Shown here in pieces: positions 35,994 to 46,200 of a stretch of 64,000 nucleotides of DNA. The stretch lies in the IMG/VR virus record IMGVR_UViG_3300035204_001725, positions 366-64,365 of that record, one strand, 5' to 3'. Below the pieces are notes generated by a model. The model saw nothing but the letters and a program-made list of their open reading frames with translations. It was not told the origin of the DNA and made no database searches. This DNA comes from a virus. Its lineage: Duplodnaviria; Caudoviricetes. Made by a program: the position numbers and the translations under genes. Each line of letters begins with the position of its first letter. Position 1 is the first letter of the stretch.

Positions 35994-38900
35994 TGGCTAA
36001 TTTATTTTTAGGTAATATTCTTGGAGCTACGGGCCCGACAGGGCCTCAGGGACTAATAGGCCCCAGTGGCGTTACTGGGCCGAGCGGATCGCCCGGGGGA
36101 GCTACGGGACCAAGCGGGGCAACGGGTGCGACCGGACCAATGGGCGCGACAGGTCCGCTAGCGGACTGTAACGATACGATATCCCTCACCCTAAGCATGT
36201 CTAGTTACAGCGAGGGTCAAACGGTTACAATGAACGTCAATACCGGAAAGTGCTGGGGCGCTGGACAGACTTTGATAATTAAAAATACAACGGGTTCGGC
36301 TTATTTTGTTGTTCGAGTCGTGAGTTATAACATTGCCACTGGAGAGTTGAGCTTCGTTATTTTAGTCAAATCGGGAGTGGGGGAATATAGTTCTTGGAAT
36401 ATTACCTTAACAGGAGAAATGGGTCCGTCTGGGCCAGTAGGCGGACAAGGGCCTGTTAAAGAAGATATAGATACGGTTACGACGAACTTGTTTATTACTG
36501 GAACAAATACGGTTTACGGTAGCGGGGGGGATGTATTTGATAATAATACTGGAACGTATTGGCTTGCCGAGGGTAATGCGCAGGGGGACCCTAATTGGGA
36601 TTCCACAAAGTTGCTTATTCAGTCGGAAGCAACAACAAGTAATGCGATTACTGATATTTCTAATAGTCAACAAGTCGTTACTCGTTACGGGGACGCGCGT
36701 CAATCTTCGCAGAATAAAAAATTTGGTAATTCATCAATGTATTTCGATGGTGATAAAGATTTTATTCAGATAACGGATGCGGCAGATTTACGTTTAGGAG
36801 CGGGAGACTTCACAGTGGAGTTTTGGTTATATTGGGAAGATAATGATTCATATTCGACCATAGCTTCAAAGGGGTATATTGATACGGACGGATGGGGTAT
36901 TCAGTCCCTTCAGAATTCAACACAACTTCAGTGGTTTGCAAAGGGAAATACGGAGCAAATTAATGAGACTGACGCGGGGCCCTTAAATCAATGGTTGCAT
37001 TATGCATTTGTTCGAGAGGGAATCTCGTTAAAAATCTATAGAAATGGTGTAGAGACGGGCTCGGGCACTTCCGCCTCTGAGTTAGACTCAACGGATCCTC
37101 TAAATATAGGCGCGACACAAGAGGGCGATAGCAATTCATTGGGCAATCATGAATTTAAAGGGTATATGGAAGAGTTCCGTATAACAAAGGGCGTCGCCAG
37201 ATCTATATCTGCTTCTCCTACTACTGCGTTTGGAAGGGACGACATAAACGATCCCTATTGGGACAATGTCACGCTCCTCCTTCCTCCAGACGTTACGTCC
37301 AGTCTTTTCACCGACTCTTCCCCTTCAAACCATGCTATTATTCCGTATGGCGGCGTTCAGCACAATGCGGGCGCCGCGAAATGGGGCAATACTTCTATTA
37401 ATTTTGATGGAAGTGTCGATAGACTGGCGATAAAAACTACAGCCAGTACAGATTTGTCCGCGACCGACTTCGCTATGGGAGGTTCTGATTTTACGGTAGA
37501 ATCATGGGTTAGGTTGGATAGCGATGCCCTAGGTGTCGATAGAAACATTATAGGAAAATGGGACGAGGGCGGACAAGGTACCAATTTTAAACAATTTTTA
37601 TTAAGCTACAATGGCGCTGGATATGCTAATAATTTTAACGATTCATCCGATAAGAATCATAGCATCGATAGTCATGCGGGGACCGTCGCTCACGACTCAA
37701 ATGAGGCGAGATGGGGGGATACCTCTATAAGGTTCGACGGCAACGGAGATTATTTAACCATTCCTCATTCAACAGATTTTAATTTTGATGATAGTCATGT
37801 GACTATAGAGTTCTGGTGGAAACACAAGGCTCATTCGTTCGTTGGTCATGACGCTTTAGCGGAAGATTGCATAATCAGTAAAGGAAGAACTAATACCGAG
37901 GAATATGGCTGGATGTTCCGCTTGGCTACGAATGGCTATCTTAATTTTTCGTTAATGTCAAATTTTTCGGGCGGGAGGAATTTGTCTTCAGACACTGCTT
38001 TAGATGATGGAACTTGGCATCATATTGCCGTTTGTAAGGATGACTGGCTGTCGCAAGACAATTGGTGGATGTATGTCGATGGAGTGAAACAGGCGCAAAC
38101 TGTTACTGACTTTACTCACAATTTTGATACGAGTTATGATATATTGATAGGTGCAGGTAGAAAGTATGGAAATGGAGAGATAGGTTATTTTGGTAACTTT
38201 TGGCTTGAAGACTTTAGATTTACGAAGGGCGTTGCTCGTTATCCGTCACAATTAGGAGCCACTTCAGCGACAAATATCGTAGATTCATCCGATGCCTCTC
38301 GTTCGATAACGATAAACGGGGACGTCCACCACAGTGAAGGCGCCGCGAAATGGGGCCATACTTCTCTTTACTTTGATGGAGCAGGGGATTATTTAACTAT
38401 CGATCAAGATTACAGCAATTTGAGTTTCAGCGCCGATCTTACTGTCGAGTGCTGGATTAAAACTGACGTTTCATCTCATTCTTCGGGCGGCTTCAATAAA
38501 AGGATTATAGCATTTGGAAACAACCCTGATAAGTCTATACAGTTGATATTGGATCAGCCGGGATCAACTGGAGGAATTAAGGTTGTTTTTCTGGGCGACC
38601 ACCAGTATAACTCCGGTGCTGCTTACCTGATAACGAACAATACCAGCATAGACGACAATAACTGGCATCACGTAGCCCTTGTACGAAAAAATGGTGTTTT
38701 TAAATTATATGTCGATGGTAACCCAACAGATATTAACGGTAGTACTGCTGGTTTGGCGAATACTGACACATGGGTTAATAACACCGACCTGACTATAGGT
38801 AAAATGCCTAACGGTTCGAGCGCGCAACAATCTTATTGCAGTAGTGTTAGCGGGGGGGATTGCGCGGGTTATTGGGAAGGATACATGGATGAAATTCGCG

Positions 38901-40501
38901 TAAGCGAAGTCGCTCGCTATGATGGGTCCTTTAATGCAGGAACGCTGATTCCATTCGTCTCAGATACCGACACTGAGTTGCTAATTCATTCTGATTTCCC
39001 AGCCCATCAAGGAGGTGCTACTTCAGCGACAGATATCGTAGATTCATCTAATACCTCTCTTTCGTTAGGACTGATCGGGGACGTCCACCACACGACGTCT
39101 AAAAAGAAGTTTAATTTTTCTTCTATTGAATTTGATCAAACTGATGGTAGCACCGATTACATTGATGTACCCACTAATAGCGTCTTTAATTTTGGAACCA
39201 ACGATTTCACTGTTGAGTTTTGGATGAACAGCACAGGGAGTTCGCTATCATATAATCAAGGAAGAATGCATGCAATTTCTTTCGGAACTTATGGATCAAG
39301 TAATCTGGAGTGTAATATCAATGATCCGGGCTTGAATGTCAACGGCGTTACAACGAATAAAAATATATCATGGTATTGGAATAGTAGCGGCGCCAACATG
39401 ATAAGGTCTGCTGTAGACGTGACTGACGGTGAGTGGCATCATATAGCCCTCCAAAGAACGGGAACTACAATAGAGTTTTACATAGACGGTGTGAAACAGG
39501 ATGACGGTAACGATCAGGGGGTTAATTATACTGCAGCGATCGATCTAACTAGCAGCAGGAGGATCATAGGTGGAGCCAGCACAATAGCCGGATGGTGGTA
39601 CGTTGGCTATCTTGATGAAATACGCATAAGTAAAACCGCTCGTTACTGCTCGCATTCTACGTGTAATCCGCCATTGCTTCCTCCGCCGGGAACAGCTTTT
39701 AATAACGACGATAATACCGTGTTACTAATTCATTCTGATTGGGCAAATTTTGGTTTTAATCCCGTGCAAGCCAAAACAGGAACAGATGACGAACACTGGA
39801 GTTCGGTAAATTTATTTCTGCGATCTGAAGTGATTGGCTCATCATTTAATTTCAAAGTAAGTACCGATGGGACCGCAAATGCGGCCGAAGCAGCGGGGGT
39901 GACTAGGCCTGTCGCGGGCCCTTGGTATCACGTTGCGGGAGTTAGGCATGGAAACGTTATTAAGCTTTTTGTAAATGGAAACTTGGAAAGAACTGTAACT
40001 TGTCTGGGAGACCTTTATAATAATTGGTCCGTACCTCTGACTATCGGTAATAAAAGGAGGAATGGCGTGGACATCGGGGCCGACGCAGAGAGCGTCGAGT
40101 TTTATAAAGGATATATGGAGGATATACGCGTAAGTAAAGTGGCGCGGTATACTACCACAGGCCCCATGCCTGCTTCGACATTTATTGCGCGGCAACAGGA
40201 AGACAATGACGTTTATTTGAAAGTAGATTATGGGGCGGGAGTTAAGCAGACAATAAATAAATACTATTTTACTGTTAATAGTACTGTCGACGCGGGCATG
40301 ATGCCTAAGGATTGGCACCTTCAGGCGTCCGACAACGATGTCGATTGGTCGACTTTGGACACTAGGATAAATCAATTTTTCGTTTCTGGAAGATTTAATT
40401 ATGGATTGGCTAATACAGAAGAATTTAGATATTATAGAATGCATCTTGTTTCAGGGCATAGTACTGGAATTAAACTAACCGAAATGGATTTCGTAGCATA
40501 G
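35993..40501 (+). CDS. Collagen + 5 LamG (concanavalin-like) domains + split F5/8 discoidin adhesin
   Basis: Five DSS..FDG..DFTVE.W...W.H.A.VR...G.M.E.R..K.ARY modules; discoidin motifs FDNN..TYW and PKDW.LQAS.....W..LD...RYYR. Confidence 0.85.
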   Translation: MANLFLGNILGATGPTGPQGLIGPSGVTGPSGSPGGATGPSGATGATGPMGATGPLADCNDTISLTLSMSSYSEGQTVTMNVNTGKCWGAGQTLIIKNTTGSAYFVVRVVSYNIATGELSFVILVKSGVGEYSSWNITLTGEMGPSGPVGGQGPVKEDIDTVTTNLFITGTNTVYGSGGDVFDNNTGTYWLAEGNAQGDPNWDSTKLLIQSEATTSNAITDISNSQQVVTRYGDARQSSQNKKFGNSSMYFDGDKDFIQITDAADLRLGAGDFTVEFWLYWEDNDSYSTIASKGYIDTDGWGIQSLQNSTQLQWFAKGNTEQINETDAGPLNQWLHYAFVREGISLKIYRNGVETGSGTSASELDSTDPLNIGATQEGDSNSLGNHEFKGYMEEFRITKGVARSISASPTTAFGRDDINDPYWDNVTLLLPPDVTSSLFTDSSPSNHAIIPYGGVQHNAGAAKWGNTSINFDGSVDRLAIKTTASTDLSATDFAMGGSDFTVESWVRLDSDALGVDRNIIGKWDEGGQGTNFKQFLLSYNGAGYANNFNDSSDKNHSIDSHAGTVAHDSNEARWGDTSIRFDGNGDYLTIPHSTDFNFDDSHVTIEFWWKHKAHSFVGHDALAEDCIISKGRTNTEEYGWMFRLATNGYLNFSLMSNFSGGRNLSSDTALDDGTWHHIAVCKDDWLSQDNWWMYVDGVKQAQTVTDFTHNFDTSYDILIGAGRKYGNGEIGYFGNFWLEDFRFTKGVARYPSQLGATSATNIVDSSDASRSITINGDVHHSEGAAKWGHTSLYFDGAGDYLTIDQDYSNLSFSADLTVECWIKTDVSSHSSGGFNKRIIAFGNNPDKSIQLILDQPGSTGGIKVVFLGDHQYNSGAAYLITNNTSIDDNNWHHVALVRKNGVFKLYVDGNPTDINGSTAGLANTDTWVNNTDLTIGKMPNGSSAQQSYCSSVSGGDCAGYWEGYMDEIRVSEVARYDGSFNAGTLIPFVSDTDTELLIHSDFPAHQGGATSATDIVDSSNTSLSLGLIGDVHHTTSKKKFNFSSIEFDQTDGSTDYIDVPTNSVFNFGTNDFTVEFWMNSTGSSLSYNQGRMHAISFGTYGSSNLECNINDPGLNVNGVTTNKNISWYWNSSGANMIRSAVDVTDGEWHHIALQRTGTTIEFYIDGVKQDDGNDQGVNYTAAIDLTSSRRIIGGASTIAGWWYVGYLDEIRISKTARYCSHSTCNPPLLPPPGTAFNNDDNTVLLIHSDWANFGFNPVQAKTGTDDEHWSSVNLFLRSEVIGSSFNFKVSTDGTANAAEAAGVTRPVAGPWYHVAGVRHGNVIKLFVNGNLERTVTCLGDLYNNWSVPLTIGNKRRNGVDIGADAESVEFYKGYMEDIRVSKVARYTTTGPMPASTFIARQQEDNDVYLKVDYGAGVKQTINKYYFTVNSTVDAGMMPKDWHLQASDNDVDWSTLDTRINQFFVSGRFNYGLANTEEFRYYRMHLVSGHSTGIKLTEMDFVA

Positions 40502-40511
40502 GAGAAAAACA

Positions 40512-41390
40512 ATGTCTGTTACATATTTAGGAAATATTTTAGGTCCGACTGGGCCGCAGGGGCAGGGATTAACTGGCTATACGGGACCCACTGGAGCGAC
40601 GGGCCCCGCTGGAGCTAATGGTTCTGCTGGTGGAGCAACTGGACCGACGGGCCCCCCGGGGCAAGAGGGAGGAACAGGCTCCACGGGCCCCTCTAAATCT
40701 TGTACGGGGACGTCTTCCACCTCTATCGATATAGCGAGCCTTTCTACGGGAGACCCGTTAAGCCTAACCACTCAAGCCGACAAGTGTTGGACTGTCGGAA
40801 ACTATATTTTAATATATAGCGCCGATACGAATTATAGCGGTCAATATATTTGCGGTAGGATTACGGTTTATGACCCCACGCAAACCATGCTCTCAATTAC
40901 CGTCTCTGAAAAAAGCGGAGCGAACACAGTAAGTAATTGGAACGTGGGTTTAAGCGGGGAGACGGGTAAGACCGGTGCCTCGGGACCTCTGGGTCCTTCT
41001 GGGCCCACGGGCCCCACGGGACCAAAAGGAGACCCGGCTGCATATAGTCTTAGGGGAGCAAGTAATAGCAAAATTGCTTTGACTACGACGGGAGCTACAA
41101 AAACGTTAAATGCTTCTGCTACAGACGCTTTTTATTTAGAGCTTTCAAACACGACCACTCTAAGCGTTTCCGGAATGAATAACGGACAGCAGGTATATAT
41201 TTTTGTAGAGACAACGCCCGCTGGTCAAAGTGGGGGAGCAGAAATAAATTGGGATTCTAATGTAGTTATAACTTGGAGAGATAAGGATAAGCCCAGAGCG
41301 CTTACGACCTCTAATAGGGGAGTGCTAATTAAACTTATAAAAATAAATGATAAAATTCTAGGCTCATACCAAAAAGAATATTATAACTAA
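40512..41390 (+). CDS. Collagen-like fibre protein
   Basis: GPT/GAT triplets; shares the LGNILGPTG N-terminus with the other collagen proteins; AGGAG RBS. Confidence 0.8.
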   Translation: MSVTYLGNILGPTGPQGQGLTGYTGPTGATGPAGANGSAGGATGPTGPPGQEGGTGSTGPSKSCTGTSSTSIDIASLSTGDPLSLTTQADKCWTVGNYILIYSADTNYSGQYICGRITVYDPTQTMLSITVSEKSGANTVSNWNVGLSGETGKTGASGPLGPSGPTGPTGPKGDPAAYSLRGASNSKIALTTTGATKTLNASATDAFYLELSNTTTLSVSGMNNGQQVYIFVETTPAGQSGGAEINWDSNVVITWRDKDKPRALTTSNRGVLIKLIKINDKILGSYQKEYYN

Positions 41391-42511
41391 TGAGGGTAAT
41401 ATTTATTAAGCCAATTTAAATTATTTTTATTATTTAATTCATAAAACCCTCCCCTGTTTAAATCATCTATATTTTCAAGGTACTCTTTATACATTTCAGA
41501 TACTCTTTTCAGGGAAAAATTATTTTTAGCCCAACTTCTACAGTCAGCGGGAACTATATTTTTTATATTATTAAGAGCCCATACAAAGTGGTTCATATTA
41601 CGACATCTATATCCAGTAACTCCATGGAGATTATTCTCTGAGAAACATCCCCAATCGGTAGTTATAATAGGAGTTCCGCTGAATAAAGCCTCTATTGTGA
41701 CTCCCCCGAAGGGCTCGATGTAGTGTGTCGGGAGGATAAGAGCCTGAGCATCTCTCAGAAGGGTCCTTCTTGCCTCCAGATTCGCGTATCCGGCGACTTT
41801 TACGTGGCTGGGTATTCGATCATACCCTAGGTCCTTAAGCTCTCCCTGACCCGCTATGACGAGCTTTTTGCCCGCTCTCTCGGTTGCGTCTATGGCGATG
41901 TGAAGACCCTTGATCTCAGTAACCCTTCCTAGATAAAGAATGTAATTATCTTTTGCGCAACCAAATTCAAAATCTTCAGGATCAAAGTAATTGGGAATAA
42001 CCGCATCGTACCAAGCGGGATGCTTCTTTCCTAGTTCGCCGTAGATAGTATGCATGACAGCGTATGACTCAAATACTTTATGCGGAGCAAAGGTTGCGCC
42101 CGCATCATATCCTATTCCGGGCTCAATTATAAAAGCCTGTTCTTTAAATTCGTCCGCAATCGGTTGATGGCCGTTTCCCCAAAAACATAATATCGCATCA
42201 CCCTGTTCTACTCTCTTTTTTAGTTCGATTTTTCCTTTTTGATAAAAAGTTTGATGCGCGTGATCAGCCGTATCGTGCTTAAAGAATTCCTTTTTCCAAT
42301 CATAACTACCATAAGCCTTAAATAGATCATCATTTGTCGTTAGAGTGACGTGCTCTGCGCAGTCTACTTCCGAGTCTTCGTGCCCATAATGAATAACCTC
42401 ATAATGTGGGCTCATCATTTCACAGAACTTTAATACTTTCTGGGTAAAAGCGCAGGAAAGATATTCTTTTGAGGTAATTGTGTGTGGTATAGCTAGCGCG
42501 TGTAGTTTCAT
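41387..42511 (-). CDS. Glycosyltransferase (GT4/GT-B fold)
   Basis: VIPNY.D, YLGRVTEIKG, EPFG.V.IEA..SGTPIITTD.G..E.......GY motifs. Confidence 0.9.
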   Translation of the reverse strand: MKLHALAIPHTITSKEYLSCAFTQKVLKFCEMMSPHYEVIHYGHEDSEVDCAEHVTLTTNDDLFKAYGSYDWKKEFFKHDTADHAHQTFYQKGKIELKKRVEQGDAILCFWGNGHQPIADEFKEQAFIIEPGIGYDAGATFAPHKVFESYAVMHTIYGELGKKHPAWYDAVIPNYFDPEDFEFGCAKDNYILYLGRVTEIKGLHIAIDATERAGKKLVIAGQGELKDLGYDRIPSHVKVAGYANLEARRTLLRDAQALILPTHYIEPFGGVTIEALFSGTPIITTDWGCFSENNLHGVTGYRCRNMNHFVWALNNIKNIVPADCRSWAKNNFSLKRVSEMYKEYLENIDDLNRGGFYELNNKNNLNWLNKYYPH

Positions 42512-42583
42512 TAGTTTACAATAAAAAAGATATTACATTTTACCTATTTTTGCAAGATAATACTAGGGAGAAAGTAACAAATT

Positions 42584-43222
42584 ATGTCACATAAACAGCC
42601 AGACGGAGATAGTTGTAAAAATTATTTTAAATATGGAAAATCTTTTCCGGATAATGTCGAGGATGCCATTTGCAACGCAAGCGGTATATTCGGTTCGACA
42701 GGGCCGACAGGGCCAGAGGGACCCGCGGGCCCATCGGGAGTCGGTGCGGTAAATTTTCCAGCGATTTTACCAGATATATTAGCCGGAGTAAACGGCGTAA
42801 GTACAAACAGAACTATTTCCACTTATGTTGATCCTTCGGGATGGTATCACGCTTCTAATCAATACGCCCCTTTGGTTGTAATCGAAAGTCTAACCAATGA
42901 AACGTATCAACCGGACGCATTGAATACGGTTATATTCGATATAACCTATAATGGAGCTTGTCTTATCGCTGCTCCTAAAAACATGGCGAACGGTAGAACG
43001 ATTACTATATGTTTAAGGCAGGGCGCTGGAGGAAATCACAGTATTAATTGGGATCCAGTTTATCATTTTGATGGAGGATATAAATTCATTACAGAAAACG
43101 AGGGGGCCAAGGATGTCATGGTCGGTACAAAAATTAATGATTTTGTTTTTAGTACCATAGCTTCAGATTGCAAAAATACAGATAGCACGATTTTGGGACA
43201 ATCTTCCACCATCGTTTACTAA
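42584..43222 (+). CDS. Short collagen-containing fibre protein
   Basis: GSTGPTGPEGPAGPSG; C-terminal P.N...G..I...RQ...G...I.W...Y.F domain like that of ORF 40512. Confidence 0.7.
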   Translation: MSHKQPDGDSCKNYFKYGKSFPDNVEDAICNASGIFGSTGPTGPEGPAGPSGVGAVNFPAILPDILAGVNGVSTNRTISTYVDPSGWYHASNQYAPLVVIESLTNETYQPDALNTVIFDITYNGACLIAAPKNMANGRTITICLRQGAGGNHSINWDPVYHFDGGYKFITENEGAKDVMVGTKINDFVFSTIASDCKNTDSTILGQSSTIVY

Positions 43223-43238
43223 GTTGGGTTAAAGATAG

Positions 43239-46200
43239 ATGAGGAATCATCCACAACCATTAAGAAGAAACTCAGCGCTTCATAGAGAGCTTGATGATTT
43301 AATTTTGTGGTTAAAGTATGAAGACAACTTTGATGACTCTAGCTATTATCAACAAAAGACAACTCCATTCAACCCGCACCCGATTCCAATAACGCAAGAA
43401 GTAATTGAAAATCCTGTATTTGATTTTAATAACTTTACTCATGATAAAAGTTCTGCTAGATATAATTTGGCAGGTTACCCCCCATTAACGGATCTATACG
43501 TATACGACTATAACAAAGCAGATAAATACGTATATGATGCCGCCGATCAAATCCCTGATAGTGTAGCGGCCAGATTTAAAAATATAACATTAACGAGCAG
43601 TGACGGTAACAATGACGGAGTTAACGCGAGCTCTAGCGCTATAGAAGCTCAGCACCTTACTCTCGGTCCACATGTAGATTTTGGAGACTATACGCTAGAG
43701 TTTAGATATCCAGATATAGTGCGAGTTTATAAAAAAACTGACTTAGGTGATACCGGCTTTATATCTGAAAAAAGATTAGGAACAGAAAATACGGTTGACC
43801 AATTTCGCGTGGGTACTTCCATGGCGCTTCCAACTCGTAAGTTCACAGTGGACTGGGAAAACAACGAAAAATCTACCCCTTTTAATTTGGATCCTAATGC
43901 TGAATATAATACTCTTCCGAACGAAGAGGTCGATCTTTTTTTGAGAAAGTTAGTTTGTATTGATCCAGATGAACAGTCTCGTGACGAGCACTTTTCTAAA
44001 GTTTCTCTCTTGGTTCAGTCCATGGACGACGATGGATCTACAAAAACGACTTTTAAGGACTCGTCGGTCTGGTCTCATGACATTCAAGTTGATATCGACA
44101 CTCAAAATTATATTAACGGAGTTCAGGGCGCAACGGATCCATGGGTTGAGCATTCTTTGCCAGTAACGGTGAATGGTATTCGGACGGGAGGGGGCCGCGT
44201 TGGCACAAGCGCTATTAATTTTAAGGAACAGGTAATAGATGCGCAACGGTATTCTTATATAGAGAAAAAAGGATTTTTGAAAATCGCTGATAATAGCGCT
44301 TTTGATTTGACTGCAGATTTTACTATAGATTTTTGGGTACAACCGGGAGTCACTAATGGAAAAAAGAAAGTGCCCTTTTTCGCTAGGGGAAATTACCACC
44401 CCAACGCGCTAAACTTTAATCCGGGCTTGGCACGCCAAGAAAACAAACATAACATTTTAATTAATCATACGAACGGTGAAGTGGAATGTATGATGCGAGG
44501 ACCAAGAACGATATCCTTTTCGGGTAATCCTGCAGCTCATTACCAAACCCATTATGCGATAATAGCAAAATTATCTTCAAGCCAAACGGGTATAAAATTA
44601 AAAAGTGATCAATGGAACCACATCGCATTTACTAGGGATGATGACAGTTTCTTTTTACATATAAACGGAGAATTCGCGGCTGAGGCCTCTTCAACAATAA
44701 CGCCCGCGGAGTTTAGCAAGGAGTTCAGCGGCGGGCTCATATCAATCGGAAACGAAATCGGGGACCTTTTAGCAGGGCACCCTTACCATTATCTGCAGGG
44801 TAATTCAATAGACGCTGATAATTTTTCTGGTTATATCGAAGACTTCAGGGTAACGAAGGGAGTAGCGAGATATACTAAGGACCCCTTTGTTCCTCCCGTC
44901 GTTGAGTCTCCCCAGTCCATGAATAAGAGCGAGGGTTTGTTAGTAATGCTCAACAAGGGCGACGAAGCTAACCCGCAAAGAACAGAAACTATAGTCTGTT
45001 ATTCTATAACTGAAACGGGAAAAGATTTGTCATTTAGTAATCCGCGAATGTGGTCTCTGAAAGATTATAACGACAAGTGGGGCACTTCATGGAATTTTAT
45101 AAACGATATTCGTTACGATCGTAAAGGTAGGTTATTTTATGCACCCGTCTCGGATGGGCCTACGATTTTTGCGGGCGGACGAAGAACTGCAACGGGCAAG
45201 GTAGGAATCGCAGTTTTCGAAATTACTTCGGTAAACGGAACGGACCAGCTTCGAATAGCTAACTCCGTAGCGGGTTACGATAGAGTAGGAATTTTTAACA
45301 GCGGACCGATTATACGACTCGAAACGTCTAATGGAGCAGGAAACTGTAGGACAGAAATAAACGCTTCTGGCTTATGGTGGTCCAACTTTGCTGTATCGAA
45401 CAATAACCTATACGCTAGTGAGTATTATTGGTTTGGTACGAACTGCTCCAAAATGGGCGTAAGAATTACCCGGTGGGAATGGGTCGGGGGGTATTTAGAG
45501 CATAAGGGGGCTATATTAGCTTTTGTTTATGACGAAGAAACGGATTGCGATATTACTAGAACGTCTCCTCTTGCTGTCAGCGAAGACGGAGAATATCTTT
45601 ATGCGTTAATTTACAAACATGGATGTGACGCGAGTAAAGGTCAGGTTTTAAAGGCTTTCAAGATCGCTGCAGATGGGTCCTTATCTGTCGCTGCTGCAGA
45701 CGTATCCAATACAAAATGGTCAAGTGAAAAATTTTATCAGACAATCCGATGCGTCGGGGGGTTTTTATTTGTTTATTATCAAACGCAAACCGTAAATGAC
45801 CCGTCCTTGGGAGCCGCGCCCCCGTCACACTATAGCCCTTATTGGACAGACGTATATGAACTTAAAAATGGAAGATTAGATATTATTTATAATGCTTATG
45901 AGAAATACCTAGCCGGAGAGAATCCAATTTTATTTAGATATGTTAATGACAAGATCGCATGGGCAGTCCAATACGATAAAGATAAACTTGTTGAGCCTAC
46001 TTATAAGGTAATGTCTTTGCCCGGAGGAGTCACGCATACTAAATCAAGACATCCTCAATCCGTTTTAGTTAGCGGAAGCGGGGTATATAGCTTATCTACC
46101 GATTTTGATTCTGCGGGGCTATTTAATTTAGAGGAAGATTTTACTATTGAATGCTGGGCAAAATTCAAGGGGATTCCAAAGGGCTCAGATGATAATCCCG

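Noticed and set aside
38258-39092. Repeat pair as the TR/VR of a diversity-generating retroelement
   Set aside because: Both copies are coding within one gene, the differences are not confined to adenines of one copy, and no reverse transcriptase is present in the window.
33948-42822. Minus-strand GPV-repeat ORFs (33948, 40577, 40868, 42622)
   Set aside because: They are antisense shadows of collagen codons.
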